Source: an uncultured virus (IMG/VR IMGVR_UViG_3300025635_000024) (Duplodnaviria > Heunggongvirae > Uroviricota > Caudoviricetes). Taken from it: a DNA stretch of 64,000 nt. Below, one piece after another: positions 1-10,408 of this stretch (the stretch's first letter is position 1; the number at the start of each line of letters is the position of its first letter). The DNA lies in the IMG/VR virus record IMGVR_UViG_3300025635_000024. One strand, given 5' to 3'. Both the position numbers and the translations under genes were made by a program. The notes below the pieces were generated by a model. The model was not told the DNA's origin, did no database searches, and worked only from the letters and a program-made list of their open reading frames with translations.

Positions 1-194
1 AGAATAAAGAAGCCATAAAAATGGTTATTCTCTAGTACCACCCACAGCATTGCCTTTTGGTTCCAGCAATCTGTATATACATCTTCAGTGATCCAGTTCT
101 CAGGACTTCTGCCCTTAATCTTCTCAAGACCCGGCTTAATGCTAGGCCACCATTTGCGGAGATCATCCACAGAGATATATTTAAATTCTGTCAT
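1..194 (-). CDS. Partial virion-module protein (MTEFKYISVDDLRKWW...), runs off the window edge
   Basis: Hand translation. ATG at 194 overlaps the stop of 191..979 (ATGA) and the frame is open to position 1. Confidence 0.65.
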   Translation of the reverse strand, partial: MTEFKYISVDDLRKWWPSIKPGLEKIKGRSPENWITEDVYTDCWNQKAMLWVVLENNHFYGFFI

Positions 195-979
195 CCAACA
201 ATTATATAGCCGTATTTCTTATCCGCAGTATTATTAGCCCAATGAGTTACCGTAGCCTGACCTTGTTGCTGCGTTGAAACATATAGATTCGTTGTAGCAG
301 CAGGAGCTACATAAGATACCGTTGCAATAGCACTAGGAATTGCTGGTCTCGTTGGAGTCGTACTGGTTCCATAAGCCTCTAAAGAAACACCAATATCGCT
401 AGGTCTCCACATAATCTGGGCATAGTCTCCAGCGTTCATCTCAATAAAATAGTTCATTGCCACAATGACATGAGATGGATCGCCAGAACTTTTCCTAGCT
501 TGCATACCAAAACGACTATTGGATTTAGCTACATCAGAGCCATTTTTCCTAAACCAAATATCTACGTCTTGAGTATCGTTAGTTGTATTCTTAAATTGAA
601 ATGAAAACTGAATATTGTAAATTCCGTAATTTCTTACATTCAGCCTAGAACTATTAGATAGATATATTCCGTTTTCGTAATCTGTTGTATCAAACGTAAT
701 TGCATAGGCTGTAGTCGTATTTGCAGCAGTTTGGTCTGTAGAGTCCTGAAACGCTCCATAAGGCGCTGAATCATTTTCTGCTGCTGTGGATAGCGGAACA
801 AAGAAAATCAGGCTATCGTAGCCTATACGCTCATCGTAGAGGGTAGTTGTAGTGGCATTGCCAGTGGCTAAGGTAAGTTCGCCAGTATTATTGGTCTTAC
901 CGTCCATAATTCCACGGACAACCTCAGCAACAGATCGCTGATCGCCTCCAAATGGCGGTAATGTGCGAAATTGCCTCAT
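191..979 (-). CDS. Phage A tail-associated structural protein
   Basis: 262 aa, Thr/Ser-rich beta-type sequence, coupled to the upstream tail gene by an ATGA overlap. Confidence 0.6.
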   Translation of the reverse strand: MRQFRTLPPFGGDQRSVAEVVRGIMDGKTNNTGELTLATGNATTTTLYDERIGYDSLIFFVPLSTAAENDSAPYGAFQDSTDQTAANTTTAYAITFDTTDYENGIYLSNSSRLNVRNYGIYNIQFSFQFKNTTNDTQDVDIWFRKNGSDVAKSNSRFGMQARKSSGDPSHVIVAMNYFIEMNAGDYAQIMWRPSDIGVSLEAYGTSTTPTRPAIPSAIATVSYVAPAATTNLYVSTQQQGQATVTHWANNTADKKYGYIIVG

Positions 980-2394
980 CGAGTACCCTGCTTAACTAGA
1001 TCGACTTCAACTCCTACGGCTGTTTTCCAGTTTGAACCAGTTGGAGTCAGATTTAGACGATGATATTTGCCATTACTCCGCAAACTCACACGGTTTTCGC
1101 TATCAGCAGCCGTACTTGTACCAAATTCCACCTGATCTGAGAGATTATTGCGGCTTGCAATGGCTACAGAACCACTACCTTTGTCCACAATCGGCTTTGC
1201 CAGAGTAACAATTGACTGTCCTACGCTAATATCACCAGTGGCAATGCTCGCAGTCTTAGGCTGACCAGAGAAAGCAATAATCTTTTGACCAGAAACACCA
1301 GCAAATAGAAGCTGACCACCTGCAAATACACGAGAATCTAGCGAAATATCCAGCGCATCAATGCTCGTATTGTAATTATCCACCTGCTCTAACGTAGCTG
1401 AAGGCGTTAATACATAGGCAATAGATGTAGCAGTAGTTTCAGCATAAGACCATCTATTCAAATCAATGGAATAAATCAGCAAATACTTGCTACCAAACGT
1501 ATTATTAAACTTCCATATTATCAATTTGTTAACTGGATCAACTGTAGCACTCATCCCTGAATATATTTCGTTAGGAATGGCATTTTCAAAGAACCAGCGG
1601 TTTACCTTCTCAGTACCGATATTCTTGGCAGATTGCCCATCACAGGAGTAAAAACCATCGTCAGCAAGGAAATAAGTCAAATTGCCATACTGAGTTATGG
1701 AGCCGTTAGAAATACAGCCTAGAGACCTAGAAATAGCGTCAAATTGGAAGAAAAACGGAGAGCCTGTGTAGCTCATTCGGTAGATAGCTCGTTCCAAGAA
1801 GATCAGACCATACTCACCACCAGCTAGACCAGTAATATCTCCACCATCAGGGAGTATCTGGCTATCTGACTGAGAAGCAGCACTAGGAGTCCAGTCTGTC
1901 TCATCGTTAATATCAGACCAATAAACCTTACTTGTGTCAGTACCGTCATTAGCCGCAACCACAAAGTCACGGACTACGGTTACATATTTAGCCGTAGGAG
2001 CAGCAGCAGCAAGATCAGCAAAGCTAGTTGATGAATTCAGCGTCCATGCCTGTAACTTATCCTGACCATTAGCCAGAATCATCTTTGCGCCAAACTGAGT
2101 TACATCCCAACCTTCTACAGCCGTATACCCAGTAGTCGTAGCAGCATCCAAACTAGCATCACTGCTGTCAAACTTGTAAATCTGTGTTGCACTAGCTGCA
2201 AATAACGTACTTGCCCCGCCAAACTTACCAGCAAATGTTACCAATAATGTAGCACCAGCAGCATCGGAGTAATCTGCTTCACTCTTAATAGGAGCATATC
2301 CGTTAGCAACTGGATAACAGTTCTTAGCGTCTGTTACCGCGCCTGTTACGCCGGGTTGATCTGGGAGCCATTCGCCAAAGTTAATCGTTTGCAT
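976..2394 (-). CDS. Phage A tail nozzle / P22 gp10-like DNA-stabilisation protein
   Basis: Probable start MQTINFGEWLPDQP at 2394 (TAATG overlap). Beta-propeller-like sequence with VYWSDINDETDW and YFLADDGFY motifs typical of podovirus nozzle proteins. Confidence 0.7.
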   Translation of the reverse strand: MQTINFGEWLPDQPGVTGAVTDAKNCYPVANGYAPIKSEADYSDAAGATLLVTFAGKFGGASTLFAASATQIYKFDSSDASLDAATTTGYTAVEGWDVTQFGAKMILANGQDKLQAWTLNSSTSFADLAAAAPTAKYVTVVRDFVVAANDGTDTSKVYWSDINDETDWTPSAASQSDSQILPDGGDITGLAGGEYGLIFLERAIYRMSYTGSPFFFQFDAISRSLGCISNGSITQYGNLTYFLADDGFYSCDGQSAKNIGTEKVNRWFFENAIPNEIYSGMSATVDPVNKLIIWKFNNTFGSKYLLIYSIDLNRWSYAETTATSIAYVLTPSATLEQVDNYNTSIDALDISLDSRVFAGGQLLFAGVSGQKIIAFSGQPKTASIATGDISVGQSIVTLAKPIVDKGSGSVAIASRNNLSDQVEFGTSTAADSENRVSLRSNGKYHRLNLTPTGSNWKTAVGVEVDLVKQGTR

Positions 2395-5300
2395 TACTGC
2401 CTCAACCAAGTATTTGAAGACTCTGACGCTTGCTGCCAAATATTAGCAGTCGGAGAAGTATCAGTCCACGTTGACGAAGTAATAGAAGAATCTGACCATT
2501 CCTCGCCAATAATTTGACCATTTGCAATAACATCAGCATTTGCTGTAACTAAAGCATTAAAACTGTAAGTTGCACTACCGTAAGCTGAAACCTCAGAAAA
2601 TGCACTAACACTAGCAGACCCGCCAGCCGTAATGTTACCAATTCCTGAAACTATTGTATTTCCAGTAATATCACCTGAAGCAACTCTAACTCTAACAACT
2701 TGACCCTCAACAGAAGCATTAGCGGATATATCACCTGCAAATAACCTTGTCCTGTATCCAATAGCAGAAATTGCAGCGGCTGCAGATACATCACCAGCAA
2801 ATAATCGCACCCTTAAAGCAGAACCAGTTACGGTTGCGTCAGCCGTAACATCAGCAGAAGCATCAACATAATTACCAAAACTCCACCCAGTATTATTTCC
2901 TGAGTTTATATTTCCATTAGGTGCTAATGCTTGCCAAGTAGCGCCACCTGTTGCAGCACTATCCTTAATATCAAGATACGAAACGGACACAGTGCCGGAA
3001 GACTTGGACAGTGTGAATCTTGTACCAGACGTAGAACTGCGAAGCGATATTAAGTTACCGGATGTGCCAGACAGACTGAAGTTATTAAACGTGTTTGTCG
3101 TACTGGCAGGGAACGTAATCTGGCTTGCGGTAGCGTTCGTATTAGCAATGTCGTTAAACGTATTTGCGCCAGTAATTGTCAGCGTTCCAGCACCACCTTG
3201 GTTCAGTGTGCAGTTGTAGGTAGACCCCCCGCCCACAAACGTCTTAGCAGTTGCAGCAGTCATAGAGATCGTGCCTGTGCCAGTACCTGCTGTGGTAGTG
3301 AAATTAGTTGGTTGAGCGTTGTTAAATGCGGTCGTAGATGCGTTTGGACAAACTAAAGTCCCACCGTTAAACGTAAGATTTTTAGTTCCTGTGGCAGTTG
3401 TAAATGCTGTTCCTACTGTGCAAGTTTTTCCATTCAGGTTTAATGTTCCGTTAGTTAATGTCATGGTTCGTGTAGAACCCATTGTAAAAGCATCTTCAAG
3501 CCTGAATGTTCCACCTACACCGTTAAACGTAACAGGGAAATCTAAAGTTTTACCGTTAGTTGTTATTAACTGCGTTCCACTGGTAGCGCCGAATGTAATT
3601 GCGCTAGATGATGCAGTTAATGACATACCCGTAGAAAGCGTTAAGTTGCCGTATATGGTTGCAGTTGATGTTGCCTGCCACGTTCCAGCGTATCCAGTAA
3701 AGTCTACGTTTTTTACTGTATGAGAAGAAACAGCTAAAAAAGTTAATGCGTAAGTTCCACCAGTAAAATTAAAACTTATAGAGTCTGATTCTGACAAGGT
3801 TCCGGGAGCAACAGATATAGAAGTTGACCCTGATGATGTTACATTGACTACTTGAGTACCAGTTGTAGTTAAATTAGTTGATACTGAAGTTGTCCAAACA
3901 GTACCAGTACCAGAACAAGATATATTTCCAGTACCAAATGCAATAGTTCTTGTGTTGCTATTAGTTGAAGAAAATAATCCTGTTGTCAATGTCAGATTGT
4001 TCAGGTCTAACGTACCCTGCGTTAAAGTAGTGGTAAGCGTTGATCCTAACGTAAGATTATTTGTAAGAAGCTGAATACCACCGCCGGGAGCGTTTATTGT
4101 TACTGGCTGCGTAAATGTTTTACCACCAGAGTTGAGTGTCTTTGTGGAGCGATTAGAGAATGTGTATGTTCCAGTACCAGTAGGTGTTACGCCTGATCCG
4201 TAAGTAAAGTCGCCGTAGAAAGTTGGCGTATTTGTACTTGACGCTAACGTCATTGCATTAGTACGTGTTGATGCGTCTAACGTACCGATATTCCAGTTAC
4301 CATTGATTGTTATGGTGTTTCCAGCAGTTAATCCTGTGTTTTCAATAATTGCCGTGTCTTGAGGTAGTGGGTAGTTAGTATCTGCTACGCCTCCACCTGA
4401 ACTTGTTGCCCAAGCAGTTGCAGTCCAGTTACCACCAGCCGCCAAGTTCCAATACTTGTTTGCACCAGCCACAAATGTAATATTGCTGTTGCCGCCGCAG
4501 TCTCCCAATCGAGTACCAGACAACGTACCAGCCGCGCCAGCTATTGTGATGTCTCTAAAGTCAACATCAGTCATAGCAGCAATAGCCGCGCAAGTTAGTG
4601 TGCGTGATGTTCCAAGCGTATCGGAACGAACAAATTGTCTGCGGTTACCATTAGAACCGTTGACTGTTAGAGTTCCATTGATTGTCTGGTTTGCGCCAAA
4701 AGTGATGTTGTTTAATGCAGCAGCGGCTGGAGTTGAAAACGTCAGATTATTAAATGTGTTTGCGCCAGTAATTTGTTTAGAAGCTGTAAGAGAAGAGGTA
4801 CTTGCAAAAGATACGTTGTAGTAAGTAAGCCCCCCACCAGCAAACGATGCAGCTAAATTAGACGTAAAATTTATTGTTGACATACCAGCATTTAACGTTG
4901 CATTTGTGCTGGTTGTCATAGTCCAAGCAAAGTTAAAAGTAGTTAGTGTAATTGTTGAACTGTTTAAATTTATTGTCCTTACGTTTGAATTACTTGAAGA
5001 AAATGCAGCCGCAGTAACGGAATAATTACTTGCTGATGTGTCAAACGTACCGTTTGTTAGTGTAAGCGTAAACGAACCAATATTTAACGCAGAACCCAAC
5101 GTCCATGCTCCACCAACACCATTGAGTGTAGTAGCAACACCAATCGTTACGCCATTCGTTGTAATTGTTTTGCCTGTAGTCGTGGCATTAAACGTCAGTG
5201 TTCCTGCTGTATTTGTTGCAGCAAAGTTAGTGGCTTGATTTGTCCATGAGCCAGATACGGTAAGTGTAGATGACGAAAAAGCAAGCGTCATTGCACCGTC

Positions 5301-5528
5301 TAATGCTTGTGGCGCACTTGCCCCACCAATGGTTATATCGTTACAAACCGCAGCCGATACCGTAACGGTAAACGCGCCTGTACCTGTGTTTGAGTTGGAG
5401 TCAAAAAAGACGTTATCCGCAGCCGTAGGCGCAGATGCTCCTGCAGCACCGCCAGATGATGCGGCCCAGTTACCTGTGTTGGTAGTGTTCCATGTACCTG
5501 ATCCACCAACCCAATAGCGATCTGCCAT
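2394..5528 (-). CDS. Large Thr/Gly/Asn-rich fibre or adhesin-like virion protein, copy 1 (1044 aa)
   Basis: Repetitive beta-helix-like sequence. The first ~880 aa are homologous to 39668..42337, followed by a unique ~160-aa C-terminus. Confidence 0.75.
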   Translation of the reverse strand: MADRYWVGGSGTWNTTNTGNWAASSGGAAGASAPTAADNVFFDSNSNTGTGAFTVTVSAAVCNDITIGGASAPQALDGAMTLAFSSSTLTVSGSWTNQATNFAATNTAGTLTFNATTTGKTITTNGVTIGVATTLNGVGGAWTLGSALNIGSFTLTLTNGTFDTSASNYSVTAAAFSSSNSNVRTINLNSSTITLTTFNFAWTMTTSTNATLNAGMSTINFTSNLAASFAGGGLTYYNVSFASTSSLTASKQITGANTFNNLTFSTPAAAALNNITFGANQTINGTLTVNGSNGNRRQFVRSDTLGTSRTLTCAAIAAMTDVDFRDITIAGAAGTLSGTRLGDCGGNSNITFVAGANKYWNLAAGGNWTATAWATSSGGGVADTNYPLPQDTAIIENTGLTAGNTITINGNWNIGTLDASTRTNAMTLASSTNTPTFYGDFTYGSGVTPTGTGTYTFSNRSTKTLNSGGKTFTQPVTINAPGGGIQLLTNNLTLGSTLTTTLTQGTLDLNNLTLTTGLFSSTNSNTRTIAFGTGNISCSGTGTVWTTSVSTNLTTTGTQVVNVTSSGSTSISVAPGTLSESDSISFNFTGGTYALTFLAVSSHTVKNVDFTGYAGTWQATSTATIYGNLTLSTGMSLTASSSAITFGATSGTQLITTNGKTLDFPVTFNGVGGTFRLEDAFTMGSTRTMTLTNGTLNLNGKTCTVGTAFTTATGTKNLTFNGGTLVCPNASTTAFNNAQPTNFTTTAGTGTGTISMTAATAKTFVGGGSTYNCTLNQGGAGTLTITGANTFNDIANTNATASQITFPASTTNTFNNFSLSGTSGNLISLRSSTSGTRFTLSKSSGTVSVSYLDIKDSAATGGATWQALAPNGNINSGNNTGWSFGNYVDASADVTADATVTGSALRVRLFAGDVSAAAAISAIGYRTRLFAGDISANASVEGQVVRVRVASGDITGNTIVSGIGNITAGGSASVSAFSEVSAYGSATYSFNALVTANADVIANGQIIGEEWSDSSITSSTWTDTSPTANIWQQASESSNTWLRQ

Positions 5529-5700
5529 TTATCATTCCTTTGGTTCTTCTGGAGGAGCAGTAATGACAGCAATCCAGTTATCCAGACGTTGCTGTTTCAT
5601 TGCTTCAATTTCTGATTCAGTAAACGTATGATCGTCTGGCAAATGCAAAGCATCGCAGAACTTGCCATACTGAGTATCAAAACAAAAATCAATCTTCATG
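2882..5700. repeat. Direct repeat copy 1 (~2.8 kb, small ORF + fibre), with perfect core 4180-4694
   Basis: Base-by-base reading shows 4180-4694 identical to 41007-41521; the flanks are similar but diverged. Confidence 0.95.
5532..5699 (-). CDS. 55-aa fibre-associated protein, copy 1 (MKIDFCFDTQYGKF...)
   Basis: Near-identical to 42341..42508 and directly upstream of the fibre gene in both copies. Start set at the ATG conserved in both copies. Confidence 0.75.
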   Translation of the reverse strand: MKIDFCFDTQYGKFCDALHLPDDHTFTESEIEAMKQQRLDNWIAVITAPPEEPKE

Positions 5701-5701
5701 A

Positions 5702-7108
5702 TTAAGCTTGAGTTGTAACCGCGATGGCATCCCAACGGGTATTGTCGGCGTTATAAATGCAGCCCACATACGTTGTCTTACCAGCAGTAGTGGAGGTTGG
5801 TAGGGTGACACCTATAGCAGTATAGGTAGCGTTCCAGGTTAATGACCGGCTCGTACCATTATCCAAAAATCTAAACAATAATTTATTGCCGTTTACTGGC
5901 GTGCCAATAGGCGCATTTATTGTTAATCCTGAAGCTAATGCTGTGTAAGCGTATACATCTTTTGCTGATATATCAGGCGTTAAAGATGTAGCTGTAGCAG
6001 CAGAAACACTTCTAGGATCTAATCTTGGTGAGTTACTTTTTTCCCATAGATCTGTTGTGCTGTTATATACAATGGTTTGGCCATTGCTAGGCGATTGCGC
6101 AGCAACATTATGCAGTTCATCTAACTCATAGCCATTCTGTACTTTAACAAATAGTTTTCCTTGCGTAGGGTGTGCATACTCAACAATAGCTACATAAACA
6201 AGATGATCAGGAGCGTAAGGTTTTGTACTCGTATACGTACCAGCAACTGTAGGACTTAAATATAACTGCGTTCCATCGGAGTACGCCGACGTATCCATCC
6301 CGGTAACCAAACCGATGATGGTTACATATCCATTTGCGTTATTTGCTAGATCCGCCGATATAACACCTAACGTCTGTGCTGAAGTAGTATCGCCGCTTGC
6401 AAGAGCTTTGGTTACAGTAGAAATTTGACCTGTAGCGCCAGAGATATAGACTACCGTTCCTTTAGTCAGGGTTGCGCCAGTAGTATTTCTAACTTGAGCA
6501 ACTACATTCGTGGTTGATGCAGCTACTGCTACAGATAAATCTACGGCGCCGCTAGTGGTAGTTACCGTCACACTGCCATCGGCAGAAGCAACCGAGCTAA
6601 TGCCACCACCGCCATTGTTAGTGGACATGGTAGTGACATGACGGATTTGTTCAGCTAGATTGGGTGCGACTACCTCACCGACATTTATCTCTTTGCCAGT
6701 CGATAAAGTAATAACTAACGAACCGTCAAAATCGATTTTTGCGTCTGTAACCGATACGCCGTCTTTACCATCTACGCCATCGCGCCCATCACGACCATCT
6801 TTACCGTTTTTTCCCTCTAGTCCTCGAGGACCAGGTGGCCCATCCTTACCATCACGGCCATCTTTGCCAGGCCGCCCTTCAATTTTGGCTGCTTTATCGT
6901 TAAAACTTTGCTCAAAAAGGTTAAATTTATCTTCTATGTCGTTACGTATCTTTTTTAACGACTGTAAAACCAAATCCGTATTGGTTTTTACCAATTCTTT
7001 TTGGCGTACTTTGCTGTTTACTAATGCTTTTTCGATAGATGACAGAAGTTTTACCTGTTCTGACAGGCTCATGCTATCTAAATTAAGGTTTTTTATGATG
7101 TCACTCAT
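5702..7108 (-). CDS. Phage B collagen-repeat virion fibre or decoration protein
   Basis: N-terminal coiled coil, G-X-Y run (GRPGKDGRDGKDGPPGPRG...), Thr-rich C-terminal domains; directly after the portal. Confidence 0.7.
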   Translation of the reverse strand: MSDIIKNLNLDSMSLSEQVKLLSSIEKALVNSKVRQKELVKTNTDLVLQSLKKIRNDIEDKFNLFEQSFNDKAAKIEGRPGKDGRDGKDGPPGPRGLEGKNGKDGRDGRDGVDGKDGVSVTDAKIDFDGSLVITLSTGKEINVGEVVAPNLAEQIRHVTTMSTNNGGGGISSVASADGSVTVTTTSGAVDLSVAVAASTTNVVAQVRNTTGATLTKGTVVYISGATGQISTVTKALASGDTTSAQTLGVISADLANNANGYVTIIGLVTGMDTSAYSDGTQLYLSPTVAGTYTSTKPYAPDHLVYVAIVEYAHPTQGKLFVKVQNGYELDELHNVAAQSPSNGQTIVYNSTTDLWEKSNSPRLDPRSVSAATATSLTPDISAKDVYAYTALASGLTINAPIGTPVNGNKLLFRFLDNGTSRSLTWNATYTAIGVTLPTSTTAGKTTYVGCIYNADNTRWDAIAVTTQA

Positions 7109-9147
7109 TAGCGTAACCCTTTAGAGAGCTCTTCTAAAAAGTCATTATCAACTTTTAGGTTATCTTCGGCTGTTTTAGCCATTTGCATCTCGACAATCTT
7201 CGACTTGTTCTTGATGTCGGCTTCTTTTAGCATCAATTCGGCGATCTTCACCCGTTTGTCAAACTCTTTGGACGCCATCTCGTCGTTAGTTGGCAGATTC
7301 TGCGTATTGGCGGCCATAATCTTGCTCTGCACCTCAATCGGCTTTAATTTCGTCTCGATTGTGGTGTTAATGGCTTCCGCCCGGTTGCGTTCAGCCTGCG
7401 TCTGGTTGACCGCAATCTGCGCTTGCGCTGCCTGCATGGCCAGTTGCTGCTGCATCATGGCTGCTTGCTGCGCTTCTGGGTTAGGCTGCGCCATCTGCGT
7501 CAGCGATTCCATCAGCTCCATGCGGTTTGACAGCGAGCTGTTGGCCACAATACCCTTCAGAATCAGCGGCAAGACTGGTGTGTCGGGGCCAAGGGTCTGC
7601 AGCAAGGCGATAAACTGCGCTTGCTCGTACTCACGGGCGATGATACCCAGTGTGGCGGTCGGCACGAAGTTCAGATCGACCGATGGATAGCGCTCGGGGT
7701 CGAACTGCATGTACCGAAACGCCGCTTTTTTGATGAACGGAATCAGGAAGTCTTCCTGGAAGTTCACCAGCGTGCGCTTGTACTTCTTGATGATGGTCGC
7801 CACCGCCATTGACATGCCTGCATTGCCGCCATCACGGGCCACTTGGCTCACCATGCCTTGGCTATCCAAGGTGCCTGTGGCTTGCAGCAGCATGCGCTCG
7901 AACGCCTGCGCGGTGGTCAGGTTGTTGCCATCAGTCTGGCCAAACTTGAACGGGTACAGGATCTCGGACGGGTTGCCGTTGGTCATGAACGCCTTGCCCG
8001 GCCGCACCTCAAACTTGGCACCCCGTGGCAGACGGGTGGCGTCCATTGCCACCATCGGCACTGCAGTTAGCGCCAGCGAGTCCAAGTGCGTTCTGACTTG
8101 GGCATCGATCGCCTTTTGCATGTTGTACGCTTTTTCCACCGTGCCACGGCCAGGCAGCCGGTTGGGCACCGTGTCGTCCTGGTAGGTCAATACCGGACGG
8201 TCCTTCATCATGTACGGATTCTCTTCGGCTTTTAGCAACATGCTGTCGTTGCCGATGACCACGATAGCTTCGACCAAGTCGGTGTACTCTTCCGCCGCCG
8301 AATCTTCGGGGAACAGCTCGACCATTTCCTCGTCTTCGCTGTTCAACTTCGCCAGATACTCTTTAGGCACCAGACCATAGTAGGTCAGCAGTTTGACCTT
8401 CTCGTTCTGGTACTGGCTGACCTCTTGCGTAGGTTCCAAGTCCGTGTCGTCGTAGGTCGGCACGATGTTGACCTTACGATAGACGCCCTTTTCAATGTTG
8501 GCCACCACCTTGTGGATCGAGACGTACTTCTCAATCGCCACACCCATGCAGTCGTCCACCGACGTGCCGTTGGGATCCCACAGGAAGTTCTTTGGATTCA
8601 CGGGTATGGGCTTGACCGAGACGCGATCCGTCTCTTGCACGCCGATAGCCGCTTGACCTTGCATGCCGGGAATCGGTTGCGTGGCTGGCGTGTACTCTTT
8701 TTCCATCGTGACCGTGATCTCGGCGATACCCGTGCCGTAAATCTCAGCCAAGAGCTCGATCTGATCGACGTACTTCCTGAACTTGTCCTTTTTCAGATCC
8801 TCCATCATCTGGATCTTGATCATCTCGACATCCATCGGATTGCCGTCGATGTCCTTGACGTCGTCCTTGATGTCGAAGAACTCGCCCGAACCAAAGATCG
8901 CCTCCATGATCTCAGCGTGTCTGGTTTCGACCGCCTGCTGCGTCATGGGGGTTACGATGCGGGAGCGTTCAGAGTCGCGCGTCTTGTCTTCGATGGCCCA
9001 TTCACCACGGAAGATGCGCTCATATTCTTCCCATTGCGGGAGAAAGTTGACGTTGCGGTAGTCGCGCCAGCGGTCGCAGTGGTCTACCACGAAAGCGATA
9101 AGCTCTTTATCGTTCTCAGTGGGCTGGTCAAAATCGTTTTGGTCCAT
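7108..9147 (-). CDS. Phage B portal protein
   Basis: 679 aa directly after terL, with a Q/A-rich helical C-terminal barrel as in P22-like podovirus portals. Confidence 0.85.
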   Translation of the reverse strand: MDQNDFDQPTENDKELIAFVVDHCDRWRDYRNVNFLPQWEEYERIFRGEWAIEDKTRDSERSRIVTPMTQQAVETRHAEIMEAIFGSGEFFDIKDDVKDIDGNPMDVEMIKIQMMEDLKKDKFRKYVDQIELLAEIYGTGIAEITVTMEKEYTPATQPIPGMQGQAAIGVQETDRVSVKPIPVNPKNFLWDPNGTSVDDCMGVAIEKYVSIHKVVANIEKGVYRKVNIVPTYDDTDLEPTQEVSQYQNEKVKLLTYYGLVPKEYLAKLNSEDEEMVELFPEDSAAEEYTDLVEAIVVIGNDSMLLKAEENPYMMKDRPVLTYQDDTVPNRLPGRGTVEKAYNMQKAIDAQVRTHLDSLALTAVPMVAMDATRLPRGAKFEVRPGKAFMTNGNPSEILYPFKFGQTDGNNLTTAQAFERMLLQATGTLDSQGMVSQVARDGGNAGMSMAVATIIKKYKRTLVNFQEDFLIPFIKKAAFRYMQFDPERYPSVDLNFVPTATLGIIAREYEQAQFIALLQTLGPDTPVLPLILKGIVANSSLSNRMELMESLTQMAQPNPEAQQAAMMQQQLAMQAAQAQIAVNQTQAERNRAEAINTTIETKLKPIEVQSKIMAANTQNLPTNDEMASKEFDKRVKIAELMLKEADIKNKSKIVEMQMAKTAEDNLKVDNDFLEELSKGLR

Positions 9148-9148
9148 C

Positions 9149-10408
9149 CTACACCCCAGAAATTACGTCTATCGGCTCCCAATCATCGTCAGCATCGTCG
9201 ATGAAGTAGGAAGTCACCGCCAGCTGGTCAATGTAAGAGAGCGCATCGGGTAGGTCATCGTGGACGCCTTGCGCCGGAAACATCAACAGCTGGTCAAGAA
9301 AGGTCTCAAAATCACCTTCTTGGTTGAGCACGATCCTGCCGTGCTCGAACCGACCCTGGAGGCTCCAGATGATCCGGTCAGCCTTTTTCCGGTTGCCATG
9401 CGTGAGATCAACTATGTGCGAATATACATTATTTTTGCGCATTAAATCACTCAAATACGGCAAAACCGCGTTTTTTAGTGCCCCTCGCTCAATCCCGACC
9501 GACAGGGGCCGGTAGTCGCGCATGGCCATTAGAATCTTCGCTGCCGTCTCGCGGATGTCCCAGCGCCCGTGCTGAATGTCCTTGACGAACCACTTGCCGT
9601 CGTCCGTCACTTTCACGATCGCGATCGCCGTCTCGTCCAGTCGCTTCTTCGAGTTCGCCGCCTGCTTGGCCACTTCCTCAAACCCGGCCAAGTCCACCGC
9701 CACGAAGTAGCTGCCATAGTCCGGCTCCTCGCCATACTTGATCCACTCGTCCTTGAAGATGTCCGAGCCCGCGTTGTCAAAACTTGCCATGTACTCTTGC
9801 TTAAATGCAAAGGTCGATAGCGTCTTTTTCGCCGACTCGATTTCCTTCGGGTCAATCAGCGGATTGTCTTTGGTCGTGAAGTGCCAGCTCTTCCAGTCCG
9901 TGTCGTCGCCCGTCTGTCCTAACTTGTATAGGTCGTTGAACCAGTTTCGACCCTTGGGCGTTCCAATGAACATGGCGCGACCCTTCTTGTCGGACAGAGA
10001 CGCGCGAATGACCTGCTCCCAGGCTTCGGGCTTGATGTCCGCCACCTCGTCTAGCACGGCGTAGGTCAAGGACACGCCTCGCAGGGTGTCTGGCCGATCC
10101 GCGCCACGCACGTAGATCACCGCGCCGTTGACCATCGTGATGTCCTGATTGTTCACATGACTGCCGGCGATCACTTCCTTGCCCAGCTCTAACAACACAT
10201 TCCAGATAATCTGTCGCGCCTGACCGTTGGTGGGCGCTACGTACAGGACCGCCGAGCCAGGCGGGCAGCGCAGCGCCTCGATGATCAGCGTAGTAGCCGC
10301 TAACCTAGACTTGCCACAACGCCTGCCAGCGGCCACCACTTTAAAGCGCGTTGGGTCGTTGAAGACCTCCTGCTGCCAGGGTAGTAACTGGAAGTTAAGG
10401 TCCGACAT
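9149..10408 (-). CDS. terL: Phage B terminase large subunit
   Basis: Walker A AGRRCGKS, Walker B AVLDE, GTPKG motif, RNase H-like VDLA and HDDLPDA. Confidence 0.95.
   Translation of the reverse strand: MSDLNFQLLPWQQEVFNDPTRFKVVAAGRRCGKSRLAATTLIIEALRCPPGSAVLYVAPTNGQARQIIWNVLLELGKEVIAGSHVNNQDITMVNGAVIYVRGADRPDTLRGVSLTYAVLDEVADIKPEAWEQVIRASLSDKKGRAMFIGTPKGRNWFNDLYKLGQTGDDTDWKSWHFTTKDNPLIDPKEIESAKKTLSTFAFKQEYMASFDNAGSDIFKDEWIKYGEEPDYGSYFVAVDLAGFEEVAKQAANSKKRLDETAIAIVKVTDDGKWFVKDIQHGRWDIRETAAKILMAMRDYRPLSVGIERGALKNAVLPYLSDLMRKNNVYSHIVDLTHGNRKKADRIIWSLQGRFEHGRIVLNQEGDFETFLDQLLMFPAQGVHDDLPDALSYIDQLAVTSYFIDDADDDWEPIDVISGV

Noticed and set aside
2882..5700. Diversity-generating retroelement (template/variable repeat) explanation for the fibre repeat
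   Set aside because: No reverse transcriptase in the window, the repeat is kilobases long, and differences are not adenine-specific.
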